Source: Bugula neritina (Eukaryota > Animalia > Bryozoa). From it: DNA of 64,000 bases. This document shows, one piece after another, positions 42,001 through 51,785 of the stretch. A program made the position numbers and the translations under genes. Within the stretch, counting starts at the first letter, position 1, and the number at the start of each line of letters is the position of its first letter. The notes beneath the pieces are model-generated. The model was given only the letters and a program-made list of their open reading frames with translations, was not told the DNA's origin and did not search any database. The DNA lies in contig OZ037771.1 in the NCBI GenBank assembly GCA_964035545.1, forward strand, positions 62,001-126,000, written 5' to 3'.

Positions 42001-45000
42001 AGTAGTAATAGTAGAACTGAGTAGAGAGTAGTAGTAGTAGAACTGAGTAGGGAGTAGTAGAACTGAGTTGGGAGTAGTAATAGTAGAACTGAGTAGTAAT
42101 AGTAGAACTGAGTAAGGAGTAGTAATAGTAGAACTGAGTAGGGAGTAGTAATAGTAGAACTAAGTAAGGAGTAGTAATAGTAGAACTGAGAAGAGAGTAG
42201 TAATAGTAGAACTGAGAAGAGAGTAGTAATAGTAGAACTGAGTAGTAATAGTAGAACTGAGTAAGGAGTAGTAATAGTAGAACTGAGTAAGGAGTAGTAA
42301 TAGTAGAACTGAGTATGGAGTAGTAGTAGTAGAACTGAGTAGGGAGTAGTAGAACTGAGTTGGGAGTAGTAATAGTAGAACTGAGTAGTAATAGTAGAAC
42401 TGAGTAGTAATAGTAGAACTGAGTAAGGAGTAGTAATAGTAGAACTGAGTAGGGAGTAGTAATAGTAGAACTGAGTAAGGAGTAGTAATAGTAGAACTGA
42501 GTAGGGAGAGGGAAAGGGTTGTTTTCCTCAAGTAAACCCGGGTTAATTTCTCTGCCATAGAGCATAGACCGTGAAGCTCAATTTTATACCCATGACAAAT
42601 CATCAAAACACAAATTCAATAACATGTAAGCAAGAATAAATCTGACAAAGAAAATAAATTGTTAATTTTCTATACCTTTTCAATCTAGAACTTTTTTTAA
42701 ACAATAGCACAAACAAAAGCATTAATTTTTGTGACTTTATCTGATGAAGAATGAACAAAAGAGCTGGCATACAGGGTACTGCACCTATGAACAGAACCTA
42801 TGCCAGCAGGCTTGAACTGACATGAATGTGACTATGTTTTGCGTAGTCTGTGAGAATACTATTAATCCCAGCTCAATTACCAACTATCTTGACCCTTGAA
42901 CAATTTATCTGTTCCCAGTCTTTTAGATTTACTATATTTTGTTCTAATTAGACACTCGAGCAGTAAAACACCTCAATTCAAACAGCAGAAAGTGGCTGGA
43001 ATGGCTAGAAATAATTACTTTTTGATCACTTTAGTGCCAGGCAGATAGATTTAGTTAGATGGCAGTAGTATATAATCTCAGTGCAGTTTTCTATGGCTTA
43101 TTCATCACCACTTTTGATCTATACTGACTGTGCCGTATACTATACTGTATACTGACTACTGACTACGGTTAGTAGCAGCACACTCACAATGAAATAATCA
43201 ATTAAAAGGGAGGCCAATATTTACATTTAAACTGCAAAGTATACATGATGAGTAAATATGAGCAAACAAATAAGAAACAAAACCACTGAAAAATATTCAA
43301 GGGGAAAAGCTATGGCTATGGTCTATAGCTAACCATCACAGCGCATGCGTTTTCTCAGTCACACTGATTACTTAAAATCTATAAACTGCAAATGTTGCAA
43401 AATTTCTTGATTCACAAAGTCATCTAAATGACACTTTCAACTTTGAAATCACAGTTACCCATACCCATAATTTACAATGATCCTGAAAACACTAATTGGG
43501 TAGTTAACATTTAACTAATAACATATTATACAATAAATCATAATATGGGTTATTTAGATAGACTTTAGTTGAATACAACCAACCTTCATCAGCGTCAGTA
43601 GCAGTGACTGCAGCGACAAAGCTGTTCACAGGCTCCAACTCACTAACCACAGCGAAATATGCTGCTGATGAAAAGACTGGACTGTGGTCATTGGCGTCCA
43701 AAACAATCACAGTTATACTGATTGTAGAACTTAAACTATTGACACCATAATCACTAGCAACAAATGTCAAGTTATAAGAAGATATTTGTTCCTTGTCCAT
43801 CAACTCTTTAGTAAATAAAAAACAGAATTTTGATATGCATATAGGAGGTTTGAAATGTCCAAGCTCGTTTCCAGATAGAATAGCGAGACTGACACGACCG
43901 TTCTCTCCTTTATCTTCATCCCTAACAACAAAACTAACAGCACGAGAATCGATTGGTGCATCTTCAGAAACAGTTGGTGGTTGTTTACCAGAGACGATAA
44001 CTACGGGAGCATGGTCATTAACATCTTCCACAATTATTTTCACCCGACTTTGGTCTCGGAGTTGGGTAGATCCAAGGCCGTCCTGATCTACCACCCATAT
44101 CTCTAGGACACACACTGTGAGACACAGAGTAGTATTACAGTAACTTGATTGGCAAGATGTTTCAGATGAGTAATCTGAATTATGTAGAGCCGCCTTTAGC
44201 AATACTTCTCCTGTAAAGCTGTCTATGCTAAACAGCTTGTTCTGTGTCATGGAGTAGACAAGAGCAGAGTTGAGGCCTTCATCAGGATCATCGGCTTGCG
44301 TTTCAAGTACCTTGGAGCCTACCGTAGCGTTTTCAAGGACCACCCCATGATATAAACTTAAGTCAAATGTTGGATGATTGTCGTTCAGGTCTCTAACAAC
44401 AATATTAACAACTGCTGTACCAGTTTTAGCAGAAACAGCACCGTCTCTAGCTTCAACAACAAGACGGAAAGACGGAATTTCCTCTCGGTCAACTTGTTTC
44501 AGCAGCGTCAACGCACCCGTTTTCTGACCAGAGCTGGTACTGGTAGTTAACTTCCAATAACCTTTTTCATTGCCAGATATTATGGAGTAAGTCAATGATC
44601 CATTAACACTGAAATCAGCATCATTGGCTGTCAATGTGAAAGGTTGAATAGGTACATCATTCTCAGTAATAGTATAATTTAAAGTGTTGGATGTAAATCT
44701 TGGGCTATTGTCATTTATATCAATGATGAGCACTATCACTTCAATGAAGATGGAAGGAGATGACGGATGATTCTGCTTCACCACAAATTTAATCTCATTG
44801 CTGATCAATCGCTCTCTGTCGATAATCTTTTTAACACTGATTTCTCCTGATAACTGGTTTACAGAGAAATATTGAGTCTGAGTGGCAAGATCATACGTGT
44901 ATCCAGAGCTATTGCTAATCCCACCAATCAAACTGCCAGCAGGCAAGTTTTCTTCTATACTAAAATGCCTTTTAAGGCCTTCCTGGCAAACTGCAGGTGA

Positions 45001-45156
45001 GATTAATGATTGAAATACGACAAAGGCTATTAGAAGCTGGAGGCGTTGATTAGGTGACCTGCATGCTTTCCAACCAAGTGGCAAACTGCTCAAACGTGTA
45101 AAATATTTTGTTTTTCCATATAGATGTTGTGCCAGACAACTGTTCCATGGACGCAT
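1..45156 (-). CDS. FAT4: Protocadherin Fat 4-like / Fat giant cadherin, 52 coding exons in window, 3' end outside window
   Basis: Exons (5'->3', minus): 43584-45156, 40983-41141, 40635-40788, 40054-40249, 37891-38163, 37485-37655, 34016-34312, 33730-33905, 33240-33388, 32536-32826, 31992-32155, 31424-31564, 30613-30997, 29607-29851, 27201-27377, 26688-26894, 25264-25464, 24736-25011, 23482-23671, 22253-22596, 21634-21838, 20645-20823, 19730-19939, 19315-19546, 18083-18222, 17767-17919, 17325-17526, 16918-17154, 16309-16421, 15713-15911, 14253-15283, 13958-14098, 13405-13642, 12646-12938, 12339-12537, 11615-11846, 11261-11477, 10649-10895, 10259-10501, 9851-10089, 9596-9760, 9300-9474, 8167-9030, 7621-7904, 6813-7008, 5898-6161, 5263-5688, 4175-4345, 3296-3569, 2538-2767, 524-788, 1-57. 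All introns are GT-AG, phases are consistent, total ~14,090 nt. Repeated DxNDNxPxF, LDRE/LDYE and AxDxDxGxN cadherin motifs; EGF repeats (exon 8167-9030); two LamG-like regions; TM WMWAVIIVGSVVFVLAVVLVTV; cytoplasmic YDFDESASIAPSDVDIRKYYKGYR resembles the conserved Fat/FAT4 SSIAPSD motif. Confidence 0.93.
108..510. repeat. Degenerate (TAG/CTA)n microsatellite, intronic
   Basis: gtagtagtacta-type run filling intron 58-523. Confidence 0.9.
820..2533. repeat. 42-bp minisatellite, ~41 copies
   Basis: unit agcatattatatattacattatatacacattactataacagt. Confidence 0.95.
2790..3291. repeat. 20-bp minisatellite, ~25 copies
   Basis: unit cactgtatactcagactaca. Confidence 0.95.
3572..4089. repeat. 5-bp microsatellite
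   Basis: mixed tacaa/tataa/tgcaa. Confidence 0.9.
4334..5200. repeat. 24-bp minisatellite spanning splice acceptor, ~36 copies
   Basis: unit cagagatataacttgaagtagaga matches the junction at 4345/4346. Confidence 0.95.
5708..5917. repeat. 43-bp minisatellite spanning splice donor, 5 copies
   Basis: sense unit ccagctctcttgtactgaag|gtacgttagttatctgtatagta. Confidence 0.95.
6168..6810. repeat. 20-bp minisatellite, ~32 copies
   Basis: unit ggtatactatagagtacaca fills nearly the whole intron. Confidence 0.95.
7004..7574. repeat. 59-bp minisatellite spanning splice acceptor, ~10 copies
   Basis: sense gtgtgttgtag|actgt recurs every 59 bp. Confidence 0.95.
7938..8153. repeat. 44-bp minisatellite, ~5 copies
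   Basis: tattacagcatagcatatatagcatatagtatgggtgtaatata-like unit. Confidence 0.85.
9052..9293. repeat. 12-bp minisatellite, ~20 copies
   Basis: unit acagtgagta(c/t)a. Confidence 0.9.
10906..11217. repeat. 19-bp minisatellite, ~16 copies
   Basis: unit atacagagcatatagtaat. Confidence 0.9.
11486..11604. repeat. 21-bp minisatellite
   Basis: unit agtgacagtagtgctagtagt. Confidence 0.85.
11838..12335. repeat. 46-bp minisatellite spanning branch point and acceptor, 11 copies
   Basis: sense ccctcactaatag|attacgaga recurs every 46 bp from 11847 to 12307. Confidence 0.95.
12953..13380. repeat. 20-bp minisatellite (~17 copies) plus taggtgg/taggtgc run
   Basis: unit tacagtgtgctgtaggtaga, then a 7/14-bp repeat at 13299-13380. 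Confidence 0.9.
13650..13939. repeat. 29-bp minisatellite, 10 copies
   Basis: unit cagtgtaaccatacaatacta(g/t)actcata. Confidence 0.95.
15296..15700. repeat. 11-bp minisatellite
   Basis: unit agtagagta(tt/at/tc). Confidence 0.9.
15965..16237. repeat. 29-bp minisatellite, ~9 copies
   Basis: unit acactcactcagtatatagttacacagtt. Confidence 0.95.
16426..16900. repeat. 19-bp minisatellite, ~25 copies
   Basis: unit agatatcatatagtagtgt fills intron 16422-16917. Confidence 0.95.
17538..17740. repeat. ~30-bp degenerate minisatellite, ~6 copies
   Basis: tacacatgatatactatataatagttacta-like unit. Confidence 0.75.
17934..18100. repeat. 32-bp minisatellite spanning splice donor, 5 copies
   Basis: sense tatactctaaccatacaa|gtaagtgtgaccta versus exon end tatactttgactatacaa|gtaagt. 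Confidence 0.9.
18721..19312. repeat. 11-12-bp repeat (agtagtagttag)
   Basis: direct inspection; contains an embedded copy of the donor junction. Confidence 0.9.
20365..20620. repeat. 28-bp minisatellite with G5 tract, 9 copies
   Basis: unit tgtatactcaaggagtgtacaccggggg. Confidence 0.95.
20852..21628. repeat. 32-bp minisatellite, ~24 copies
   Basis: unit agtagactatgagtcatgactatgtagtagta. Confidence 0.95.
21887..22256. repeat. 31-bp minisatellite spanning splice donor, ~12 copies
   Basis: sense unit gtgagtgtgggcgtgtctccttattgcagag. Confidence 0.95.
22620..23452. repeat. 23-bp minisatellite, ~36 copies
   Basis: unit agtatagagatagagtagtatat. Confidence 0.95.
23876..24690. repeat. 38-bp minisatellite, ~21 copies
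   Basis: unit actatgactagtacttctactataatactattacta(c/t)a. Confidence 0.95.
25505..25638. repeat. 16-bp quasi-palindromic minisatellite, ~8 copies
   Basis: unit actgactcactgagta. Confidence 0.9.
26056..26241. repeat. Degenerate acaggt(g/a)ag repeat
   Basis: gacaggtgagtgacaggtag variants. Confidence 0.8.
26461..26665. repeat. 14-bp repeat
   Basis: unit gagactgagtgagt. Confidence 0.85.
27396..29331. repeat. 14-bp minisatellite, ~138 copies
   Basis: unit tatagagagtgta(a/g). Confidence 0.97.
30022..30610. repeat. 28-30-bp minisatellite, ~20 copies, abutting donor
   Basis: unit tatatattctctctctagttatatcata(a/t)g. Confidence 0.9.
31041..31410. repeat. 24-bp minisatellite, ~15 copies
   Basis: unit acacaatgtagaatacactgtata. 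Confidence 0.95.
31552..31724. repeat. 28-bp minisatellite spanning splice acceptor, 6 perfect copies
   Basis: sense cttatatgtttatag|gcagttgacaatg. Confidence 0.95.
32174..32520. repeat. 43-bp minisatellite, 8 copies
   Basis: unit ctgtccacactaacaccccttagttcacacactgtatacacta. Confidence 0.95.
32836..33222. repeat. ~20-bp degenerate minisatellite
   Basis: ccccctctataccatacac variants. Confidence 0.85.
33440..33698. repeat. 20-bp perfect minisatellite, 13 copies
   Basis: unit atacacatactatacaatat. Confidence 0.95.
34325..34772. repeat. ~44-bp minisatellite, ~10 copies
   Basis: agagctagtatagtatagtaagtacagtatatagtaagtacaac. Confidence 0.85.
35240..35455. repeat. 53-bp minisatellite, 4 copies
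   Basis: gaacaacataggggaggagagtagagggcagtatagctagtatataattatat. Confidence 0.9.
35781..37435. repeat. 26-bp minisatellite, ~63 copies
   Basis: unit agtagtatagtgtaatataaaggta(c/t), with 23-bp deletion variants. Confidence 0.97.
37677..37914. repeat. 30-bp in-frame minisatellite spanning splice donor, 8 donor copies
   Basis: sense tcaccgagttcttatgtgctagag|gtaata, reads VISPSSYVLE. Confidence 0.95.
38191..39476. repeat. 25-bp minisatellite, ~51 copies
   Basis: unit aatatatgagagtagttagttatat. Confidence 0.97.
39715..40010. repeat. Degenerate ~16-bp repeat
   Basis: tatacacagtatatag variants. Confidence 0.8.
40266..40479. repeat. 28-bp minisatellite, ~7 copies
   Basis: unit tacatgttatacacaatacagtatatat. 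Confidence 0.9.
40816..40978. repeat. Degenerate ctacaccc/ctgcta repeat
   Basis: fills intron 40789-40982. Confidence 0.75.
41902..42507. repeat. ~19-25-bp minisatellite with higher-order block
   Basis: unit gagtagtaatagtagaactgagtaag variants. Confidence 0.9.
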
Positions 45157-48100
45157 GATCTACAAGCCCACTGAGTGATTTACTATTTCTCAGTCACTAA
45201 TCCATCAGATCATCAGCCAAACTCCTCTTCAAGTCCAGATTCCACAACTAACTATACAACACAATAAGAGCATATCCAGTGAGCACAACTAACTATACAA
45301 CACAATAAGAGCATATCCAGTGAGCACAAATTACATAGAGTGTAAATAGCACTTTAACTCAATACTGTCCAGAATACCTAATTTTATTCACTTATAAAAT
45401 AGTTTTTCCACTTTTTAATTCAGAAATAAAGTGCACATGCAAATAAATCATTCCAACAATATGAGCATAGCCTTTCACTGATCAATCTGTTGACCGCAAG
45501 TTGAAGAATTTCATTACAATAAGTTACAAGTTACATGCAAACTAGAAAATATTTTAACGAAAGATCAAACGACACAATGAGCATATTACTTTCTGTTATT
45601 TAAAATTAAGAATATCCGAATGACAGATCACAGAAAGTTTACTATAATAATTCACAAGCCCAAGTAGAGTTAGTATTCAAATCACAATTTTTATTTACAA
45701 TTCGATTCATTATTGTTTGTAGATGTATCAAATTAATTATTCAATATCTTCACAGCAACTTCTTTCGAGTTAGATTAGAGCAGGAAAATTAAAAGTGAAT
45801 CTAAGCAGCTTTTTCACAATTACAATATTATCATAAACTCAGTATTCAATATTAACATCAAAACAATGAAAGATACAGGTCTGACTTCACTGGTTTTCAT
45901 TAGCCATACTATACTATTACTATTAGTATATCAAAACAATTTGCTATAATTATTTGACATAAACATATAAAACTAAGCATAATATTAATAATATCACTAT
46001 GCAAAAAGAAATTAAATAAAAGTATATATTAGCGACATCAGATATCAACCAAGAGCTACTATGACTGTCACTACCAAGTACCACTATGAGTAAAACTATG
46101 ACTATGAGTAAAACTATGAGTCTATGAGTAGCCTATAACCATGATTACAACTACAAGAAATTAGTGATTAGACTTGAAGTTGATACTATGTAGTATTATT
46201 ACTAATAATATTAATTATTAAAACTATCATAATAAAAAATAAATAACCATTAGTTAACTACTAGCTCTACTCTTATCTATAACTATAAGTATACGTACAA
46301 GAGTAAAACTAAGTATAAACTTAAAAACTATAGGTATAGCAATAACTATAACTATAAAGTATAAGTATTAGTATTTGTTTTTAGTTTGACTCTTTTACTT
46401 CTAGTATAACTATAAGTATTCAATTTGAAGTTCAACTTCAAGTTGAACTGTTGAAGTTCAACAGACTGAGACAATCTGAATCACAGGTGACAATATGAAT
46501 ATAAATATTAATAGTAATACTAACATTATTGTTAATAGTAATAGAATAAACATAACCATAATAGTATTAATATTATTACTATTACTATTAGTATTACCAT
46601 TGGTAATACTAATATTATTATTATTAGTATTATTATCAGCATTACTAATACTAATACTAATAATAATACTCAATGAACTAAAAATTATAGTTCACAGGTT
46701 ATAGTTCAATGCTGATAATAATACTAATAGTAATACACTAATAGTAATAGTAATACTAATAGGCAGACAGTGTAATATTTATCTTCATCTTGTGTTCATG
46801 TTGAATGGTATGATAATGATCTAAAAGACTTACTAGTACTTAGTTAGAGTTACTAGTAGTAGTTATACTTACTAGGCTGCTTTTTCTTTTGCAAGAGGAA
46901 AGTTACTTTCCACAATTCTAGTCAAGCAGGTTATGATAATAGGGCAAAAGCAGAAAAAAAATAAAAAGATATTGCGAAATGCGAATTACGCAGACGAAGT
47001 CAACATCGATTGAATAACATGTTGTATCCTATGTACACAATGAAACTAACAGGTAGCAGCGAACACCTGCAGTAGTCAGTTATTGGTTAGTGCAAAATTT
47101 AAGACTCCGCCTATTGTTTGGGCAAGTTGTAGTGGAAGAGAAAATAACTCCAGTCTTGACTTGAATTGCTCATTACATGATAAAATGTTGCAGGTGCATC
47201 CATCATTTGGACTTGAAAAAATTAATTAATACAATATTTTCAGCACTAATTATGATCAATAATACTATTGGATAGCCTGTTTGTTCTTGCATTTAAGTTT
47301 ATCAATGTTTATGTAATGATTTCTCCATTTAAATCTTTGCTACTGTTAGTACTGTACTTGCATTGCGAGACTGAGAGTGAGTGAGTGTCACACTCACAGT
47401 CACGGTCAGTCTGTTAGAGTAGTTAGAGTATGACATTGAATATGAGTGTGAGACTGAGTCTCAGTAATGCCGCTATTAGTAGACATAGTATTAGCAGTAC
47501 CAGTAGTAGTGCTTCCAGTTCTTTAATGTTGAAAAATATAATTAACTATAAGTATAACTATAAGACTAAGTATAACATTAACTATAACTATAAGTAAATA
47601 AATCTCTTGGTAAGACCAACTCTAACTCTAAGAGATTTACTTTTACTTTTATTAACCATATGAGTAATAATATGATTGTCATTATGAGTCAAATCCTAAT
47701 CTATGAGATTGAATATAAGTTGAGTAAATATAAGTAAATAACTAACTTACAGTTAATGTTTCATTTTTTAGTTACTATTAGTATTAGTATTACTATTAGT
47801 ATAACAATTAGTATTCCTCAACTCCAACTGAAAGAATAACTTATTATTTATGTGAATTATCAGTATCACAATTAGTATTACATTTACTCAAAGTAATAAC
47901 ACTGAAGATCAATATGAATATGGTAATAAGTGTAAGAATAAATTGTAATTGATTTTATTCACGTGATTAAGAATCTGACTATCACTATGACTATGAGTAT
48001 CAGTATAATAAAATTTATTAGTAATTAAAATTATTACTAGTACTACTAGACACCAATTTAGTGACTAATAGTAATTAGTAACCAGGGGAAAGTATGTAAT

Positions 48101-48723
48101 ATTGTAATATTTGATATAAATATAATATATCATTCATATGAATGAAAGCTATAAGTCAAAAACTTAGATTAAATTTAAATAGTTGGGATTATACCTTATG
48201 CTAATGTGCTTGCAATATCCATACTGATTATTTTACAGTCAATAATTGGTATAAAATTTAAATATATTGATTTGAATATTTAATATAATTCATGCTGTGA
48301 ACATCAGTGGCTTCAATATTTTAATACTAATTGGCAGCAGTATTATTTGTGGTTAAAAATATCTTGAGCTGAATTTTATAAGTTTATGCTGATGTTTGTT
48401 GTTCACTATAAGTTATTTGATTTATTGACCAAGTCTAATAGCAGGACGTGTTAGCATGTTGTTCATAAGTAGCAACTAAAATATCACTTCACAAAAAGTT
48501 TTATAAAACAATGTATTGATATTAAATTAGTCACTTGGTCATCACATTGATTTGCAAGTTACCTAATAGACAAGAGTTAACAGGTCATACAAATGTCAGT
48601 GGATGAAATTTCTATTTCATTGCTGATAATAAATTTAAACAGGCAGTTATTGTTTGATACAGGGCAAAATTTTCTTTATGCAAGCCAAGTCATTTTTGCT
48701 CTAATTTATGTAGATTTTGGAAA

Positions 48724-51231
48724 ATGGCTGGCTTTATCCGTAATATTTGTCCTAAGCTACTACATTCTCGACATTTCTCCAAGTTGCTTCCCAAACAGCA
48801 TGTGTTTGAGTTCACTAATTCTTGCGTCCACCAGCCCATAATCTTTTCATCAAGACTACTCAACACAACTACTCAAGCACCTGCTAAAAAGAAAAACAAA
48901 AAACCTGTTGGCAGTAAATCAAAAGACCAAAAACTACAGAATGAGGTTAGTAAGTTTATATGTAGCGCTTGCTTTTAGTTAGAGCTTGTACTATCATAGT
49001 TCATACATTTATATTTCATACCTTGGCATTTCGTTATTCTTAATCTTGTCATTTCAACAAGGATAGACCTTCTAGTTTGGATGAAATTGTCAACATGGAG
49101 GAGGTAGACAGATTGTTTGCTGAAGTCTTGGCTGACTTTCACAATGAGCTGGTCAGTAGAACAAGTATTAGGGCCAGTCAAGCATCACTTAGCCAACTTT
49201 CTATTGATATTGACAGTGGCAAAACCATAGATCTACAATATATAGGTAACTATACTGATTAGTATATCAATATATAGGTAACTATACTGATTAGTATATC
49301 AATATATAGGTAACTATACTGATTAGTATATCAATATATAGGTAACTATACTGATTAGTATATCAATATATAGGTAACTATACTGATTAGTATATCAATA
49401 TATAGGTAACTATACTGATTAGTATATTAATATACAGGTAACTATACTGACTAGTATATCAATATATAGGTAACTATACTGATTAGTATATCAATATATA
49501 GGTAACTATACTGATTAGTATATCAATATATAGGTAACTGTACTGATTAGTATATCAATATATAGGTAACTATACTGATTAGTATATCAATATATAGGTA
49601 ACTATACTGATTAGTATATCAATATATAGGTAACTATACTGATTAGTATATCAATATATAGGTAACTATACTGATTAGTATATCAATATACAGGTAACTA
49701 TACTGATTAGTATATCAATATATAGGTAACTATACTGATTAGTATATCAATATATAGGTAACTATACTGACTATTATATCAATATACAGGTAACTATACT
49801 GATTAGTATATCAATATACAGGTAACTATACTGATTAGTATATCAATATATAGGTAACTATACTGATTAGTATATCAATATATAGGTAACTATACTGATT
49901 AGTATATCAATATATAGGTAACTATACTGATTAGTATATCAATATATAGGTAACTATACTGATTAGTATATCAATATATAGGTAACTATACTGACTATTA
50001 TATCAATATACAGGTAACTATACTGATTAGTATATCAATATATAGGTAACTATACTGATTAGTATATCAATATACAGGTAACTATACTGATTAGTATATC
50101 AATATACAGGTAACTATACTGATTAGTATATCAATATACAGGTAACTATACTGATTAGTATATCAATATATAGGTAACTATACTGATTAGTATATCAATA
50201 TATAGGTAACTATACTGATTAGTATATCAATATATAGGTAACTATACTGATTAGTATATCAATATATAGGTAACTATACTGATTAGTATATCAATATATA
50301 GGTAACTATACTGACTAGTATATCAATATATAGGTAACTATACTGACTCCTCTTGTGGGTTCTCATTCATCCATTTTGTTGAAAAATTTGCTTACTTTTA
50401 GCCCAAGTTTCAGTAAAGCCTCCAAACTTGGTTCACATAAACTTAGCCTCCCACCCGCAGTATATTGCAAGTGTAAGAAAAAGGCTACAGAGAGCTGACC
50501 TCAGCCTGAATCCTCGAGTTGATGGAACTTCACTCTTCATAGAAATACCTAAAGTGACGAGGGATCACAGAGAGAAGCTGAGTAAAGCAGCCAAAGTGAG
50601 TATATACTAGGTGCTATACTATACTGTACTAGGTGCTATACTACACTACACTACGTGCTATACTATACTGTACTACGTGCTATACTACGTGCTATACAAC
50701 ACTATACTACACTACGTGCTATACTATACTACACTACGTGCTATACTACACTATACTATGTGCTATACTATACTACACTACGTGCTATACTATACTATAC
50801 TATATGCTATACCAGGTGCTATACTACACTATACTGTGTGCTATACTACAATATACCATGTGCTATACTACAATATACCATGTGCTATATTACGTGCTAT
50901 ACTATGTGCTATAATTTCCTAGAAACATTTCAGATAATTTCTGACCAGCATAAAGTCAAGGTACGACAGGTACAAAACTCTAATGTCAAAGTTATCAACA
51001 AATGGAAGGATTACTTCAGCATTGATGATTTGCGGAGACTGGAAAATAAAGTTTTAGAGGTGATGAATTTTCAATATTTTATAACTCAACAGTTTTGACT
51101 TTGTTGGCTTTTAGTGGTAACAACTAACCTGTTATATGCTATCTTTATTTCTACAGTTGGGAAAACTTCAAAATCGAAAGATAGATGAAATGTTGAAGTC
51201 CCGGCAGAAAGAGCTTTTGAATGACCAATAG
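48724..51231 (+). CDS. MRRF: Mitochondrial ribosome recycling factor (~266 aa, 5 coding exons)
   Basis: Exons 48724-48945, 49062-49245, 50402-50595, 50934-51059, 51157-51231; GT-AG, in phase. Basic N-terminal transit-like peptide followed by AKKK; RRF motif LNPRVDGTSLFIEIPKVTRDHREKLSKAAK; C-terminal KIDEMLKSRQKELL. Confidence 0.9.
49236..50347. repeat. 32-bp minisatellite spanning MRRF exon 2 donor, 35 copies
   Basis: unit caatatatag|gtaactatactgattagtatat. Confidence 0.97.
50603..50912. repeat. Degenerate gtgctatactacactatactac repeat
   Basis: fills MRRF intron 3. Confidence 0.8.
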
Positions 51232-51326
51232 ACGAATCATCTGCTTTCAACACCTGTCAACATTGGTCAACACCTGTCAACATTGGTCAACACCTGTCCT
51301 TCCATCCTTCTTTTCTAGTCGGCACC

Positions 51327-51785
51327 TACATGTGTCATATAACATTATATTACATGTGTTGTATAACATTATATTACATGTGTTGTATAACATTATATTA
51401 CATGTGCCGTATAACATTATATTACATGTGCTGTATAACATTATATTACATGTGTCGTATAACATTATATTACATGTGTTGTATAACATTATATTACATG
51501 TGTCGTATAACATTATATTACATGTGTCGTATAACATTATATTACATGTGCCGTATAACATTATATTACATGTGTCGTATAACATTATATTACATGTGCC
51601 GTATAACATTATATTACATGTGTTGTATAACATTATATTACATGTGCCGTATAACATTATATTACATGTGTTGTATAACATTATATTACATGTGCCGTAT
51701 AACATTATATTACATGTGTTGTATAACATTATATTACATGTGTCGTATAACATTATATTACATGTGCCGTATAACATTATATTAC
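51327..51785. repeat. 24-bp minisatellite, ~19 copies, just 3' of MRRF stop
   Basis: unit tacatgtg(t/c)(t/c)gtataacattatat. Confidence 0.95.

Noticed and set aside
1-45156. Several separate cadherin genes, a clustered-protocadherin array, or a decayed pseudogene
   Set aside because: All exons join in phase into one ORF with one N-terminus, one TM and one tail; there are no alternative first-exon cassettes.
46428-46464. Overlapping short hairpins (agttcaacttcaagttgaact)
   Set aside because: Too short and isolated to support any functional call.
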